Positions 44,275-55,100 of a stretch of 64,000 bases of DNA are shown here, in pieces. Location of the stretch: contig CAZLJP010000001.1 in the NCBI GenBank assembly GCA_964559915.1, positions 1,044-65,043 on the forward strand. Direction: 5' to 3'. The DNA is from an uncultured Candidatus Saccharibacteria bacterium. GTDB taxonomy: Bacteria; Patescibacteriota; Saccharimonadia; Saccharimonadales; JALRHH01. The position numbers and the translations under genes were made by a program. The first letter of the stretch is position 1, and each line of letters starts with the position of its first letter. The notes below the pieces were generated by a model that was not told where the DNA came from, searched no databases, and saw only the letters and a list, made by a program, of their open reading frames with translations.

Positions 44275-44754
44275 TTAGAACCGCGCAAAGTGAGCGAAGG
44301 CGCGGTTGGCTTCGGCCATTTTGTGGGTGTCTTCCTTTTTCTTAACAGCGATACCAGTGTTGTTGAAGGCATCAACGAGCTCGAGAGCTAATCGGTCTTC
44401 CATGCTCATACCCTTGCGGCTACGGGCTGCGGCTACAAACCACATCAAGGTAAGGTGCGTCTGGCGCTGACCCTTTACCTCGAATGGAATCTGGTAGTTA
44501 GCACCACCAACACGACGAGAACGAGTCTCCATGTGCGGCTGTGCATTCTTGATAGCTTGGTCGAATACTTCGATAGGGTTCTGAACCTTTAGCTTGTCTG
44601 CTGCCTTTTGCATACCACCGTATACGAGGCGCTCTGCAACCTGCTTTTTACCATTCAACATAACGCGGTTGATGAGCTTCTGAACCATAACGCTGTTGTA
44701 CACGCGGTCTGGCTGAATATCACGAATAAGTGAAGCTGTCTTTTTCCTAGGCAT
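44275..44754 (-). CDS. rpsG: 30S ribosomal protein S7
   Basis: DRVYNSVMVQKLINRVMLNGKK...MAEANRAFAHFR. Confidence 0.96.
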   Translation of the reverse strand: MPRKKTASLIRDIQPDRVYNSVMVQKLINRVMLNGKKQVAERLVYGGMQKAADKLKVQNPIEVFDQAIKNAQPHMETRSRRVGGANYQIPFEVKGQRQTHLTLMWFVAAARSRKGMSMEDRLALELVDAFNNTGIAVKKKEDTHKMAEANRAFAHFARF

Positions 44755-44756
44755 GA

Positions 44757-45170
44757 CTACTTACTCTCCTTCTTGGCACCGTACTTAGAACGGCCCTGTT
44801 TGCGGTTAGCGACACCTTGGAGGTCCAATGTGCCACGAACGATGTGATAACGCACACCAGGAAGATCCTTTACGCGTCCACCACGTACCATAACAACGGC
44901 ATGCTCCTGGAGGTTGTGACCTTCACCACCAATATAGGCCCATACTTCGTAGCCATTGGTCAGGCGCACACGTGCAACCTTACGAAGGGCTGAGTTAGGC
45001 TTCTTTGGTGTTTTGGTAGTTACCTTGATACAGACACCACGCTTGAACGGCGCAGGCTTCTCATAGTTTTTAGTCTGGAGGTTGTTCACCACGCGCTGCA
45101 GGTGAGGGGCACCAGACTTCTTGCCCTTACTGGTACGCGGCTTGCGCACCAATTGATTGATAGTTGGCAT
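44757..45170 (-). CDS. rpsL: 30S ribosomal protein S12
   Basis: [12 protein letters not shown]...[19 protein letters not shown]. Confidence 0.97.
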   Translation of the reverse strand: MPTINQLVRKPRTSKGKKSGAPHLQRVVNNLQTKNYEKPAPFKRGVCIKVTTKTPKKPNSALRKVARVRLTNGYEVWAYIGGEGHNLQEHAVVMVRGGRVKDLPGVRYHIVRGTLDLQGVANRKQGRSKYGAKKESK

Positions 45171-45253
45171 TTAATCTCCTTCTACGGTCGCATCTTATCT
45201 GCTGCAAGTGTCAATGCCAGACACACGGCTCGAGATGCATTAATAACCTGTAG

Positions 45254-45282
45254 ATTGTAACAGATACGGGTTATTTAATCAA
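45254..45282 (-). promoter_or_regulatory. promoter TTGATT-17-TACAAT for rpsL-rpsG-fusA
   Basis: -35 at 45277-45282 and -10 at 45254-45259 (minus strand). Confidence 0.55.
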
Positions 45283-45322
45283 GCAGGTGTACAGGGTTGG
45301 GTTATTTACAAAGCAACTAAGC

Positions 45323-45604
45323 TCAGATTTGGTCTTCTATTCTGTCAGCTGGTTCTGGTTCATCACAGTTTATTTCGGTGCAGGTAGTCTGTATATCCAA
45401 AGCTTGATTCGTATCTGCCTGGGATGTGTTGTTTTGATACACGCTATAGCCGACAAATCCGGTCACACCGATTGTCAACATAACGAACAATAGAAGCCCG
45501 AAATGAACGATGCCTGCCTGATTATCAAAAAGGCAGGCAAATTGGGTCTTATGTGTGGGTTTTATTCTGCCGTTATTATAGCTCACTGGTTGGTCCTTCA
45601 TCAT
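45323..45604 (-). CDS. small anchored/secreted acidic protein P3 (about 93 aa) with shared N-terminal motif
   Basis: DNQAGIVHFGLLLFVMLTIGVTGFVGYSVYQ, then an acidic tail with TTCTEINCDEPEP. The first track codon is TTG; the first ATG is at 45604. Confidence 0.55.
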   Translation of the reverse strand: MMKDQPVSYNNGRIKPTHKTQFACLFDNQAGIVHFGLLLFVMLTIGVTGFVGYSVYQNNTSQADTNQALDIQTTCTEINCDEPEPADRIEDQI

Positions 45605-45836
45605 CAATTACATCTGCATCCGCGCGAGAGTCTGAATCTTGACACTCATCAGGTAGTGGTTCCTCTTCCGTACAGCCGCTGGCCTGCTTAACTTCATCAA
45701 TCGTCAAGCCACTGGGAGTACTATTGTGTCTGTACACGCTGTAGCCAACCAGGCCCACTAAACCGATTGCTATCACTATCAATAGTATGAGTGTGATATG
45801 TGCGATTCCTGATTGGTTAGATTTTAGTTGTGTCAT
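45576..45836 (-). CDS. small anchored/secreted acidic protein P2 (86 aa) with shared N-terminal motif
   Basis: SNQSGIAHITLILLIVIAIGLVGLVGYSVYR, then SGCTEEEPLPDECQD. AGGAAA SD upstream. Confidence 0.6.
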   Translation of the reverse strand: MTQLKSNQSGIAHITLILLIVIAIGLVGLVGYSVYRHNSTPSGLTIDEVKQASGCTEEEPLPDECQDSDSRADADVIDDEGPTSEL

Positions 45837-45844
45837 TAATTTTC

Positions 45845-48187
45845 CTATAAACCATTTATGTTACAGATATGGAAACCGGCTTTCTTTCCATCTTTGCGTC
45901 CTGGGAACTCCCACTCCAGTTCATGACCATTGTATGTCCCTTTGCAGGCACTACTTGTTCTCAGTTTTGCGCAATACTTACCGCTTGTATATGCTGCTGT
46001 TGAATTTGCTATACCACACTTACTGCCAACGTCTGAACTTGAACCCTTGTCGTCATCTTTCTTATCGTCTTTTGACTTACAGATGCTCCAGTTATGATCT
46101 TTTTCACTGCTTAACATTAGACTTGATGGTGAACAGCCGCCACATCGACCATTACCCCCGCCATCAAAGTAATGAGTTCTTTTTAGCTTCTTACAGAAGC
46201 TAGGGCTTACACTTGATGTGTTCTTGCCGTCATCACCTTTTACTATCACTCGGCATTGTCGCCAGCCTTTGTATTCACCGCTGGTGATTGTTCGCCAATA
46301 CTCATAGTTCTTTAGGCATTTAGGCGCGCACTTTTTGGTCTTATCGTTCCAAACACGCTTTAGATAACCTTCACAGCCAGCCTTTTCTTTAGGCCCAGTG
46401 TCAGGATTATTGCCATAATATGTATATTTACAGATACCTGCCGGCGTAATTGTGGTGCCACTTATCGTCTTCAAAATTGATGGTGTACTGAGATAAAGAC
46501 CGACGCCTGCCTTTTTAGGAGGACACGCTTTGTTTGGATCTGTATTTGTATTCTTTGGACATTGATAATAGTAGGTATTTACTTTATTAAGATACTGGCT
46601 GCATGCAATTGTTTCGCCGGTGGACTTATTATTTTTACAAACCCTTATTTTGTATGACTTCCCGTCCGTTGCGAAGCTGTAATTATTAAGGGTAGTTGTG
46701 TTCTTGGGACATTCATCCTTACCAAGTGTATCGCTATCCGGACAGACATAGCCTCTCTCTTTTAGGAATGAAGCGACTTCCCTACATCTAAATCCATCTT
46801 GTATGACTTTTTCACCTTTGTATTTTTTAGCATTAAGGCATAGGTCATAAGTATATTTCTTTTTATCTTTAGTGCTCACAAACGTAAACTTCGGCAGATA
46901 CAGGTCTTTTGATAGGTTAGTGTTCCTCTCTGCTGCATAATCAAGGCATGCGTATCTCTCGTCAGTAGATTTTGCACAAGCATATTTTCCGGATACAATG
47001 CCGGCTTTTTCGGCGGCCGTACAGCTCATGGTACCCTTTTCTGGACCACTCGCCGATGGCTGGGGGGTTGACCCTTCGGCGTAACATTTCTTATTAACCC
47101 CGCCTACTATGGCGAAACCGGGATTTGATGCTGTCCAGCCCTTACCCAACTTACATTGAGTCCAACTAGATACACATTTATCGAGCGCGCCATTAGCGTA
47201 GTTCGTAAGAAACTTAGACGTGTTCTGACATACACGCTGACATCCATCCTTATAGACACGGCCTACATCAGCACTAGTACACTTCTTCTGGTCTACGTTT
47301 GCGCCAACATTACCCCTGACACATCTGTGTTGAGTAGTGCCTCCGACAACCTTACCGCCAGGGCATTTGTCCTTTGTAACACACCCATTGTTGCCATTGG
47401 GGTTGTCGGTAAGATAATACTGGACATCTTCATAGCCGCAATCATCGAGACATGCTCCACTTGATTTGTTGTATGCTTGGTGCGGCATACTACATTTATT
47501 GCCCGAGGAAGACCCATTGTCAGAAGAATTATCTGAATCATTAGAAGATTGGTTTGATTCATCGTCTGAAGGCGAGCTAGCTGAGTTTCCTGAGCTAGAA
47601 TTACCATTATCTGAACTTGATGAGTCTTCAGAATCCCCGGTGTCAGACCTCTCGTCGAGGTTAACAATAACCCCAGAATCATTGTTGCTAGGATTTTCGT
47701 TTACGGTACTACCCGTGACTTTCTTGTTGTCGTCAGTTACCTTATTGTCATTTTTGGTAACGTAGTTTAGCTTTTTGCTCAACAGGCTTGAGACGCGGGT
47801 CTTTGCATCATCGGTTGTATAAAACGAATCACCGAACAACTTATTGAATTGTGCTTCATTAATCGTGCCGTCATCACTCACGAGCCCATTCAGCTGCTCA
47901 TCACTGAGCCCATCAACCTTTGCTTTGAAATCAGCTTCGGATATCTTGAGGGCTTGGCCATTCTTTAGTCCCGGTGCTAAGTCCTTGAGCTGATCTTTGA
48001 TAATCTTACTATCCAGGTCATTGAGCTGAGCAGAGTTTGACTGAGGCTTGTGGAATACTGAATAGCTGGCGATGCCGATAATACCAACAACGAATACCAC
48101 TGCTAGGACAAGACCTAGGTGGGCGATGCCAGATTGATTGGTACGGATGTTTGCTGATTTTTTGCTTAAGCCAAAGAGTTTGCGCAT
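45845..48187 (-). CDS. large Cys-rich surface/secreted protein P1 (780 aa) with shared N-terminal motif
   Basis: TNQSGIAHLGLVLAVVFVVGIIGIASYSVF anchor, a charged region, a Ser/Asp/Asn low-complexity linker, then about 550 aa carrying 36 Cys (hand count). AT-rich. Confidence 0.7.
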   Translation of the reverse strand: MRKLFGLSKKSANIRTNQSGIAHLGLVLAVVFVVGIIGIASYSVFHKPQSNSAQLNDLDSKIIKDQLKDLAPGLKNGQALKISEADFKAKVDGLSDEQLNGLVSDDGTINEAQFNKLFGDSFYTTDDAKTRVSSLLSKKLNYVTKNDNKVTDDNKKVTGSTVNENPSNNDSGVIVNLDERSDTGDSEDSSSSDNGNSSSGNSASSPSDDESNQSSNDSDNSSDNGSSSGNKCSMPHQAYNKSSGACLDDCGYEDVQYYLTDNPNGNNGCVTKDKCPGGKVVGGTTQHRCVRGNVGANVDQKKCTSADVGRVYKDGCQRVCQNTSKFLTNYANGALDKCVSSWTQCKLGKGWTASNPGFAIVGGVNKKCYAEGSTPQPSASGPEKGTMSCTAAEKAGIVSGKYACAKSTDERYACLDYAAERNTNLSKDLYLPKFTFVSTKDKKKYTYDLCLNAKKYKGEKVIQDGFRCREVASFLKERGYVCPDSDTLGKDECPKNTTTLNNYSFATDGKSYKIRVCKNNKSTGETIACSQYLNKVNTYYYQCPKNTNTDPNKACPPKKAGVGLYLSTPSILKTISGTTITPAGICKYTYYGNNPDTGPKEKAGCEGYLKRVWNDKTKKCAPKCLKNYEYWRTITSGEYKGWRQCRVIVKGDDGKNTSSVSPSFCKKLKRTHYFDGGGNGRCGGCSPSSLMLSSEKDHNWSICKSKDDKKDDDKGSSSDVGSKCGIANSTAAYTSGKYCAKLRTSSACKGTYNGHELEWEFPGRKDGKKAGFHICNINGL

Positions 48188-48228
48188 GTGTTATATGTGT
48201 TTCTTATTCTAAAGATATCTTAAGCATT

Positions 48229-48257
48229 ACTGTATTGCTTATGCTACATAATGTCAA
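48229..48257 (-). promoter_or_regulatory. promoter TTGACA-17-TACAGT for the P1-P2-P3 operon
   Basis: -35 at 48252-48257 and -10 at 48229-48234 (minus strand), just downstream of the rpoC terminator. Confidence 0.6.
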
Positions 48258-48280
48258 CGATTGGCTACAGTCTAGGGAAA

Positions 48281-48311
48281 CAAAAACCCGGTGCAGGAAC
48301 ACCGGGTTTTG
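48281..48311. terminator. bidirectional terminator after rpoC
   Basis: ACCCGGTG (48286-48293) / CACCGGGT (48300-48307) with flanking A- and T-runs. Confidence 0.8.
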
Positions 48312-48329
48312 TTGCACGTTAGCTTTACT

Positions 48330-51300
48330 CTAGACTTGGGCGTCTTCGAGCTCTGCAGCTTCAGCCTCGAGCTGTTCTGGGCTTCTATAGCCAGTACCCA
48401 CAGGGATACGGCGACCCAAGATAACGTTCTCTTTCAGGCCGATGAGGCGGTCAATCTTACCACTGGTTGCAGCAGCAATCAGTACACGAGTTGTGTCCTG
48501 GAATGATGCAGCACTCAAGAATGAGTCAGTAGATAGAGATGACTTAGTGATACCAAGCAGTAGCTGGGTAAACTTAGGTGGGTTCTTCTTGTCAGCAACA
48601 AGTGACTCACTAGCTTCTACGGCAGCAAGCTTGGATACGACGTCGCCCGTTACGAATTCACTGTCGCCAGCTTCTTCAATTTGGACACGGCTAAACATCT
48701 GACGAACGATGATTTCAAGGTGCTTGGCAGCAACGTCTTGACCCTGTGATGCGAACATACGTAGGATTTCGTTCATGATGTAACGCTGAGTTGGCTCAAC
48801 ACCTTGCAAGGCCATAAGGTCCTGGAGGTTGATAGAACCGTTGGTCAAACGCTGGCCGGCCACAACTTTATCGCCGTCCTTAACAAATAGCTGCTTATAG
48901 CCAGGGATTTCGTACTTAACGACAGACTTGCTGGTTGGAACGATGATAATCGTCTTGCCCTTGATTTCTACCTTGCCAGCCATTGGGGAAACAATTGGAT
49001 TGTCACCACCATCTTCGGCTGCCAGTACATCACCAATAGCTACTTCTGTGCCACCAGCAACATGTGCCTTACGTGGACCGAGCTTGAATTCTACCTGGTC
49101 ACTATCGCTTGCGTTGATTTGAATCACGTAGTGATCACCCTCTTCCCAAACATTGGCAGTACCCGCAATATCAGTAAGATATGCAAGACCCTTCGGCTGA
49201 CGAGCTTCGAACAACTCTTCGATACGGTTCAGACCCTGTGCAGTATCATCTGATAGTGCACCACCTGAACGGTGTTTAGAGTCGAGAGATAGCTGTGTAC
49301 CAGGCTCACCAATAGACTGAGCGGCAATCACACCAATCGGATGGTGGCCAGCAACCAAGTTACCAGTAGCTGGGTCAACGCCATATGACTGTTGTGGTAC
49401 GCCACGGACAGAGGTCGCAGACAATGCACTCATAATCTTGACGCCGTCAATCTTCTCTTCGGCTTCAATCTTAGCAGCAATTTCTGGAGTAAACGCTTCG
49501 TGCTTCTTAATAAAGCCCTTCACGTCTTCTGCGGCGTAGCGGCCAATCAAACGTGAACCATAGCTCACACCGATAGTCGCAGCATCCTCACGGAGCATTG
49601 CGTAGCCTGGGTCGCTCATATCGTCATCGATAGTAAATACATCCTGAGATACGTCTACCAGACGACGAGTCAAGTAACCAGCGTCAGCGGTCTTCAGGGC
49701 GATGTCGATAAGCGCCTTACGAGTACCACGAGTACCGGTAAAGTATTCGAGTGGCTCGAGACCCTTGACGTAGCCAGACTTAATAGGAAGCTCAATCAGG
49801 TTACCAGCGGCATCCTGGAGTACACCTAGCATACCAACGGCGTTCTTCATCTGAGAGATGTTACCACGAGCACCAGAGGTGATAGCAATAGCAGTCGCTG
49901 TATCTTCGTCTTTGAGCTGCTCTGCTAGCAGGTCTTGTACCTTGTTTTCAATCTTGGTCCAGTTATCTACAGTTAAGCGGAAACGCTCTTCTTCAGTAAT
50001 GAAACCTTGCTCGAACTGCTCAGCAATAGCAGCTGAGCGCTCTTCGCCTTCGTTAATCTGCTTGTCCATGCCCTTGATTGGCAAGAAGTCGCCCATACCC
50101 ATTGATAGACCAGACTTGGTTGCATAGTAGAAACCAACGTCTTTAAGGTCGTCAGCAATAGCAGCAGTCTTTTCCTGACCGTACTGTTGGTAGGCCAAAG
50201 CCATAACAGCAGTCAGCTTCTTCTTGGTCATGGCGTCAGACTGGAATGGGAAGTCTTCAGGGAAGATTTCGTTAAATAGCAACTGACCGAGTGTAGTTTC
50301 GCGGACTTCACCACGGAATGGTGCGCGAATACGAGTCTGTAGCTTAATGTGGCGACCATCAAGTGCCATCTGAGCTTCAGATAGGCTTGCGAATGGCTTA
50401 GCCTTTTCACCAGCAAAACGGTCGTAGGTTAGGTAATAACAACCAAGTACGATATCTTGCTCGATGTGAAGGATTGGTGAACCATCAGCTGGTTTCAAGA
50501 GGTTCTTGTTGCTAGCCATGATGTCACGAGCCTCGGCCTGAGCAGCGTCTGACAATGGAAGGTGTACAGCCATCTGGTCACCATCGAAGTCGGCGTTGAA
50601 GCCCTTACAAACGAGTGGGTGCAGCTGAATAGCCTTACCTTCAATCAAACGAGGCTGGAAAGCCTGGATAGACAGACGGTGGAGCGATGGTGCACGGTTA
50701 AGGAGCACATACTTGCCCTTAATAACTTCGTCCAATGCATCCCAAACGGCAATTTCACCCATCTCAATCATACGAGTCGCAGAACGGATGTTATGCGCAT
50801 GTTCGTTAGCAATCAAGTGGCCAATTACGAATGGCTTAAATAGCTCTAGAGCCATCATCTTTGGCAGACCACACTCATTAATCTTGAGCTCTGGACCAGC
50901 CACAATAACAGAACGACCAGAGTAGTCTACGCGCTTACCAAGAAGGTTCTGGCGGAAACGACCCTGCTTACCCTTAAGCATGTCGCTGAGGCTCTTGAGT
51001 CGGCGGCGCTGACCAGTTGCAGCAACTGCACGGCCAGAACGGGCGTTGTTGTTATCAATCAATGCATCAACAGCTTCCTGAAGCATACGCTGCTCGTTGC
51101 GGCGGATTACTTCTGGGGCATTTAGCTCAATCAGCTTCTTCAAACGATTGTTACGGTTGATAACACGACGGTATAGGTCGTTCAGGTCAGAAGTAGCAAA
51201 GCGACCACCAGTTAGCTGCACCATAGGGCGAAGGTCTGGAGGGATTACTGGCAATACTGACAAACACATGCTTGATGGCTTGATGCCAGCACGATGCATA

Positions 51301-52145
51301 CTTTCGAGAAGGCGGAGACGCTTCAATAGCTTCTTCTTACGTTGGCCCTTAGCATCTTCAGCTTCTTCGGTCAGTTGAGCAATCAGCTGTGCAAGATCGA
51401 TTTCTTCGAGCAAGTCCTTGAGTGATGAACCACCCATGCCAACACTAATAAGGTCAGCGAGTTCATCTGGCAATGCACGGTAGTCGGTCTCTGACATAAG
51501 GCTGAGTTTCACAAGACTGTCGAGCTGTGCCTTAACGACATCGTACTCAGCAGCAAGTTCTTCTAGCTCTTTGTTGCGCATCTCGGCCAAAGCCTTGATG
51601 TTGGCATCTTCAGCCTTAGCTTCGTTGTCGTAGCGTAGCGTAATAGCCTCTTGTGCGGCTGCAAATTCAGCTTCTTTATCAGTTAGGAGCTGGTCGCGCT
51701 TTGCAGTATCTACGCTCTTAACGATGTAGCTAGCAAAGTAGGCAACGCGCTCGAGGTTCTTGACCGTGAGGCCAAGGAGTAAGCCGACTGCACTTGGTGT
51801 ACCACGGAGGAACCAAATATGTGCAACAGGACTTGCAAGGTTAATGTGACCCATGCGCTCACGACGAACGATAGACTTAGTAACGATTTCACCATTTTTA
51901 TCAACGGCTGCTTCGCGTGAACGAACACCTTTGTACTTGGCGTCATGTGGGTTGATATCCTTGACCGGGCCAAAAATACGCTCACAGAATAGACCATCAC
52001 GCTCTGGTTTTTGGGTACGGTAGTTAATAGTTTCTGGCTTGGTTACTTCGCCGTAACTCCAATCCAGGATGTCTTCTGGGCTAGCGACCGCTAGGCGGAC
52101 TGCATCAAAGTCAGCAATGTTAGTTCCGTATGAGTATCGTCGCAT
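48330..52145 (-). CDS. rpoC: DNA-directed RNA polymerase subunit beta'
   Basis: [16 protein letters not shown] catalytic motif. ATG 52145 is preceded by GGAGGAGG within the rpoB 3' end. Confidence 0.97.
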   Translation of the reverse strand: MRRYSYGTNIADFDAVRLAVASPEDILDWSYGEVTKPETINYRTQKPERDGLFCERIFGPVKDINPHDAKYKGVRSREAAVDKNGEIVTKSIVRRERMGHINLASPVAHIWFLRGTPSAVGLLLGLTVKNLERVAYFASYIVKSVDTAKRDQLLTDKEAEFAAAQEAITLRYDNEAKAEDANIKALAEMRNKELEELAAEYDVVKAQLDSLVKLSLMSETDYRALPDELADLISVGMGGSSLKDLLEEIDLAQLIAQLTEEAEDAKGQRKKKLLKRLRLLESMHRAGIKPSSMCLSVLPVIPPDLRPMVQLTGGRFATSDLNDLYRRVINRNNRLKKLIELNAPEVIRRNEQRMLQEAVDALIDNNNARSGRAVAATGQRRRLKSLSDMLKGKQGRFRQNLLGKRVDYSGRSVIVAGPELKINECGLPKMMALELFKPFVIGHLIANEHAHNIRSATRMIEMGEIAVWDALDEVIKGKYVLLNRAPSLHRLSIQAFQPRLIEGKAIQLHPLVCKGFNADFDGDQMAVHLPLSDAAQAEARDIMASNKNLLKPADGSPILHIEQDIVLGCYYLTYDRFAGEKAKPFASLSEAQMALDGRHIKLQTRIRAPFRGEVRETTLGQLLFNEIFPEDFPFQSDAMTKKKLTAVMALAYQQYGQEKTAAIADDLKDVGFYYATKSGLSMGMGDFLPIKGMDKQINEGEERSAAIAEQFEQGFITEEERFRLTVDNWTKIENKVQDLLAEQLKDEDTATAIAITSGARGNISQMKNAVGMLGVLQDAAGNLIELPIKSGYVKGLEPLEYFTGTRGTRKALIDIALKTADAGYLTRRLVDVSQDVFTIDDDMSDPGYAMLREDAATIGVSYGSRLIGRYAAEDVKGFIKKHEAFTPEIAAKIEAEEKIDGVKIMSALSATSVRGVPQQSYGVDPATGNLVAGHHPIGVIAAQSIGEPGTQLSLDSKHRSGGALSDDTAQGLNRIEELFEARQPKGLAYLTDIAGTANVWEEGDHYVIQINASDSDQVEFKLGPRKAHVAGGTEVAIGDVLAAEDGGDNPIVSPMAGKVEIKGKTIIIVPTSKSVVKYEIPGYKQLFVKDGDKVVAGQRLTNGSINLQDLMALQGVEPTQRYIMNEILRMFASQGQDVAAKHLEIIVRQMFSRVQIEEAGDSEFVTGDVVSKLAAVEASESLVADKKNPPKFTQLLLGITKSSLSTDSFLSAASFQDTTRVLIAAATSGKIDRLIGLKENVILGRRIPVGTGYRSPEQLEAEAAELEDAQV

Positions 52146-52146
52146 G

Positions 52147-55100
52147 CTAGACCTCCTCCCCTTCTTCATCATCTGCGGCGGTGACTACTAATTCTTCGTC
52201 ATCGTCATTACTAATCACGGTAGTAGCTGGCATGTCATCATCCATTTCCATAACGATGAACTCGTCAGCCGCTGCGTCTTCGGTTACATCAACATCTGAA
52301 GCTGATGGTGCAGGCACCTCAACTTCTGATTGGTGCTCAGATTCGTCTTTGATGTTTTCGGCCAACACGGCTTCGGCATCAATAACGACATCGCTCGTAA
52401 CCAGGTCAACCTTCAGGCCAAGACCCTGTAGTTCCTTAACAAGCACGTTGAATGATTCTGGAACCTTTGGACCAACAATTTCAGTCTGCTTGATAATGGC
52501 TTCGTAGGCCTTTGAACGTCCGTAGACATCATCAGACTTAATAGTCAGCATTTCCTGAAGCGTATTAGATGCACCGTAAGCTTCCAGCGCCCAAACCTCC
52601 ATCTCACCAAAACGCTGGCCACCGTTTTGAGCTTTACCGCCCAGTGGTTGCTGCGTCACCATGGTGTATGGACCAGTTGAACGGGCGTGAATCTTATCGG
52701 CAATCATGTGATTGAGCTTAATCATGTACATAGCACCGACAGTTGTGCGCTCCTGGAATGGTTCACCAGTACGACCGTCGTATAGTTGCTGCTTGCCGTC
52801 TTCTGGCAAACCAGCTTCTTTCAATAGTTCTTTGATTTTGCTTTCTTCAACGCCGTCAAAGGCTGGGCTAGCCACCTTGATACCAAGGGCATGTGCTGCC
52901 ATACCAAGGTGTGTTTCAAACAGCTGGCCAATGTTCATACGACTTGGCACACCGAGTGGGTTCAAGATGATATCGATAGGTGTACCGTCTTCGCTAAATG
53001 GCATGTCTTCGATAGGCAAAATACGGGCGATAACACCCTTGTTACCGTGACGACCACCAAGTTTGTCACCAACAGAGATTTTGCGCATCTGGGCAACGAA
53101 TACCTGAATTTGCATAATAACACCGGCTTTTAGCTCGTGGCCATTGGCGCGTGAGAATACTTTCACACCAACAACCTTACCGTGCTTACCGTTGCTCATG
53201 CGCTGTGAGGTATCACGAACTTCCTTGGCTTTTTCGCCAAAGATGGCACGCAGCAGACGCTCTTCAGAACTGAGCTCTTGCTCACCCTTAGGAGTAATTT
53301 TACCAACCAAGATATCGCCAGGATGCACTTCTGCACCAATACGGACAATACCGTCTTCGTCTAGGTGACGCAGCGCTTCCTCTGAAACATTAGGGATATC
53401 ACGAGTTACGATTTCAGGGCCGAGCTTGGTTTCACGAACTTCTACCATGTAGTCCACGATGTGAACTGATGTGAGGGTGTCGTCTTCTACCAACTTACGG
53501 CTGATAATAATCGCATCCTCGAAGTTATAGCCACCCCATGGCATAAATGCCACACGAAGGTCCTTACCAAGTGCCAATTCACCGCCTTGGATAGACATAC
53601 CCTCGACAAGTGGATCACCAGCGTTAACCTTCTGGCCAGTTTCTACAACGACGTTTTGGTTAATGCTAGTACCTTCGTTGCTACGCACAAAGTGTTGTGG
53701 CGTGTAGCTAACGGTGCCTTCTTTCTTATACTTAACAACTACTTCTTCGGCAGTTGCCTTGATAACTTCACCTTCGCCTTCGGCAGAAATCAGCTGACCA
53801 GTGTTCTGAGCAGCATTTGCCTCGGTACCAGTACCCACAATCGGAGATTGTGGACGAACCAACGGTACAGCTTGGCGCTGTTGGTTACTACCCATCAGTG
53901 AACGGTACACGTAGTTCTTTTCAACAAATGGAATCAAGCCAGCAGATGAACCAATGATTTGCTTACGGCTCGCGTCCATGTGGGTCACTTCGCCAGCATC
54001 CATTTCCACTGAGTTCAAGCGGTTACGTACAGAAACACGCTCGTTAATAAACTTGCCTGATGCGTCCAAAGATTCACCAGCACCAGCGATAACAGCTACT
54101 TCTTCGGCAGCTGCATCAAGATAGACAACATCGTTGGTAACTTTCTTGTTCTTAACCACACGGTATGGAGTTTCGATAAAACCGTAGTCGTTGATACGGG
54201 CGTAGCTAGCCAGGTTCAGCACCAAACCAATGTTGGCACCTTCTGGCGTTTCTACGGCACAGATACGGCCGTAGTGAGTAGCGTGAGCATCACGAACCTC
54301 AAAACCAGCTCGCTCACGTGAGAGACCACCAGGGCCCATAGATGACAAACGACGCTTGTGAGCAAGTTCTGAAAGTGGGTTAATCTGGTCCATGAACTGT
54401 GACAGCTGTGAGCTGGCAAAGAATTCACGGACGGCAGCTACGATTGGACGAGCGTTAATCAGCTGAGCTGGAGTAACAGTCTCGATTTCGCTCATAGACA
54501 TACGGTCTTTGGTGTTACGTTCCATGCGTAGCAAACCAATACGGAACTGACGCTGTACCAATTCACCAACCAATTTCACACGACGATTTGCCAATGAGTC
54601 GATGTCATCAGCAGGGTCCTGAGTATTGTTCAGGCGAATGAGCTCGGCAATGATAGCAACGAGATCTTCAATACGCATAGTGCGGTTTTCGATAGTGTTA
54701 GGAATGTCTAGATTTAGACGCTTGTTAATCTTGTAACGGCCAACACGGCTAAAATCAAAGCGCTTGAAGTTGTAGAACATATTCTCAATCAGACCACGAG
54801 CGTTGTCGACAGTCGCCAAATCACCTGGGCGAAGACGACGGTATACCTCAATGAGGGCTTCGTTTGTAGTCTTGGTTGGGTCTTTTTCAAGTGTCGTTTC
54901 GATGTAGCTTTGCTTGCCAGTATCAACACCTTTGAACTGGTCTTTAATCTGGGCTTCGTTCAGACCCAGCGCGCGCAGCAGGGTCGTAACAGCTATTTTT
55001 CGTTTGCGATCAATTTTTACATACAGAGCACCTGCAGCAGCGGTCTCAAATTCCAGCCATGCACCACGGCCAGGGATAACCTTGGCACCGTAAATGTTGC

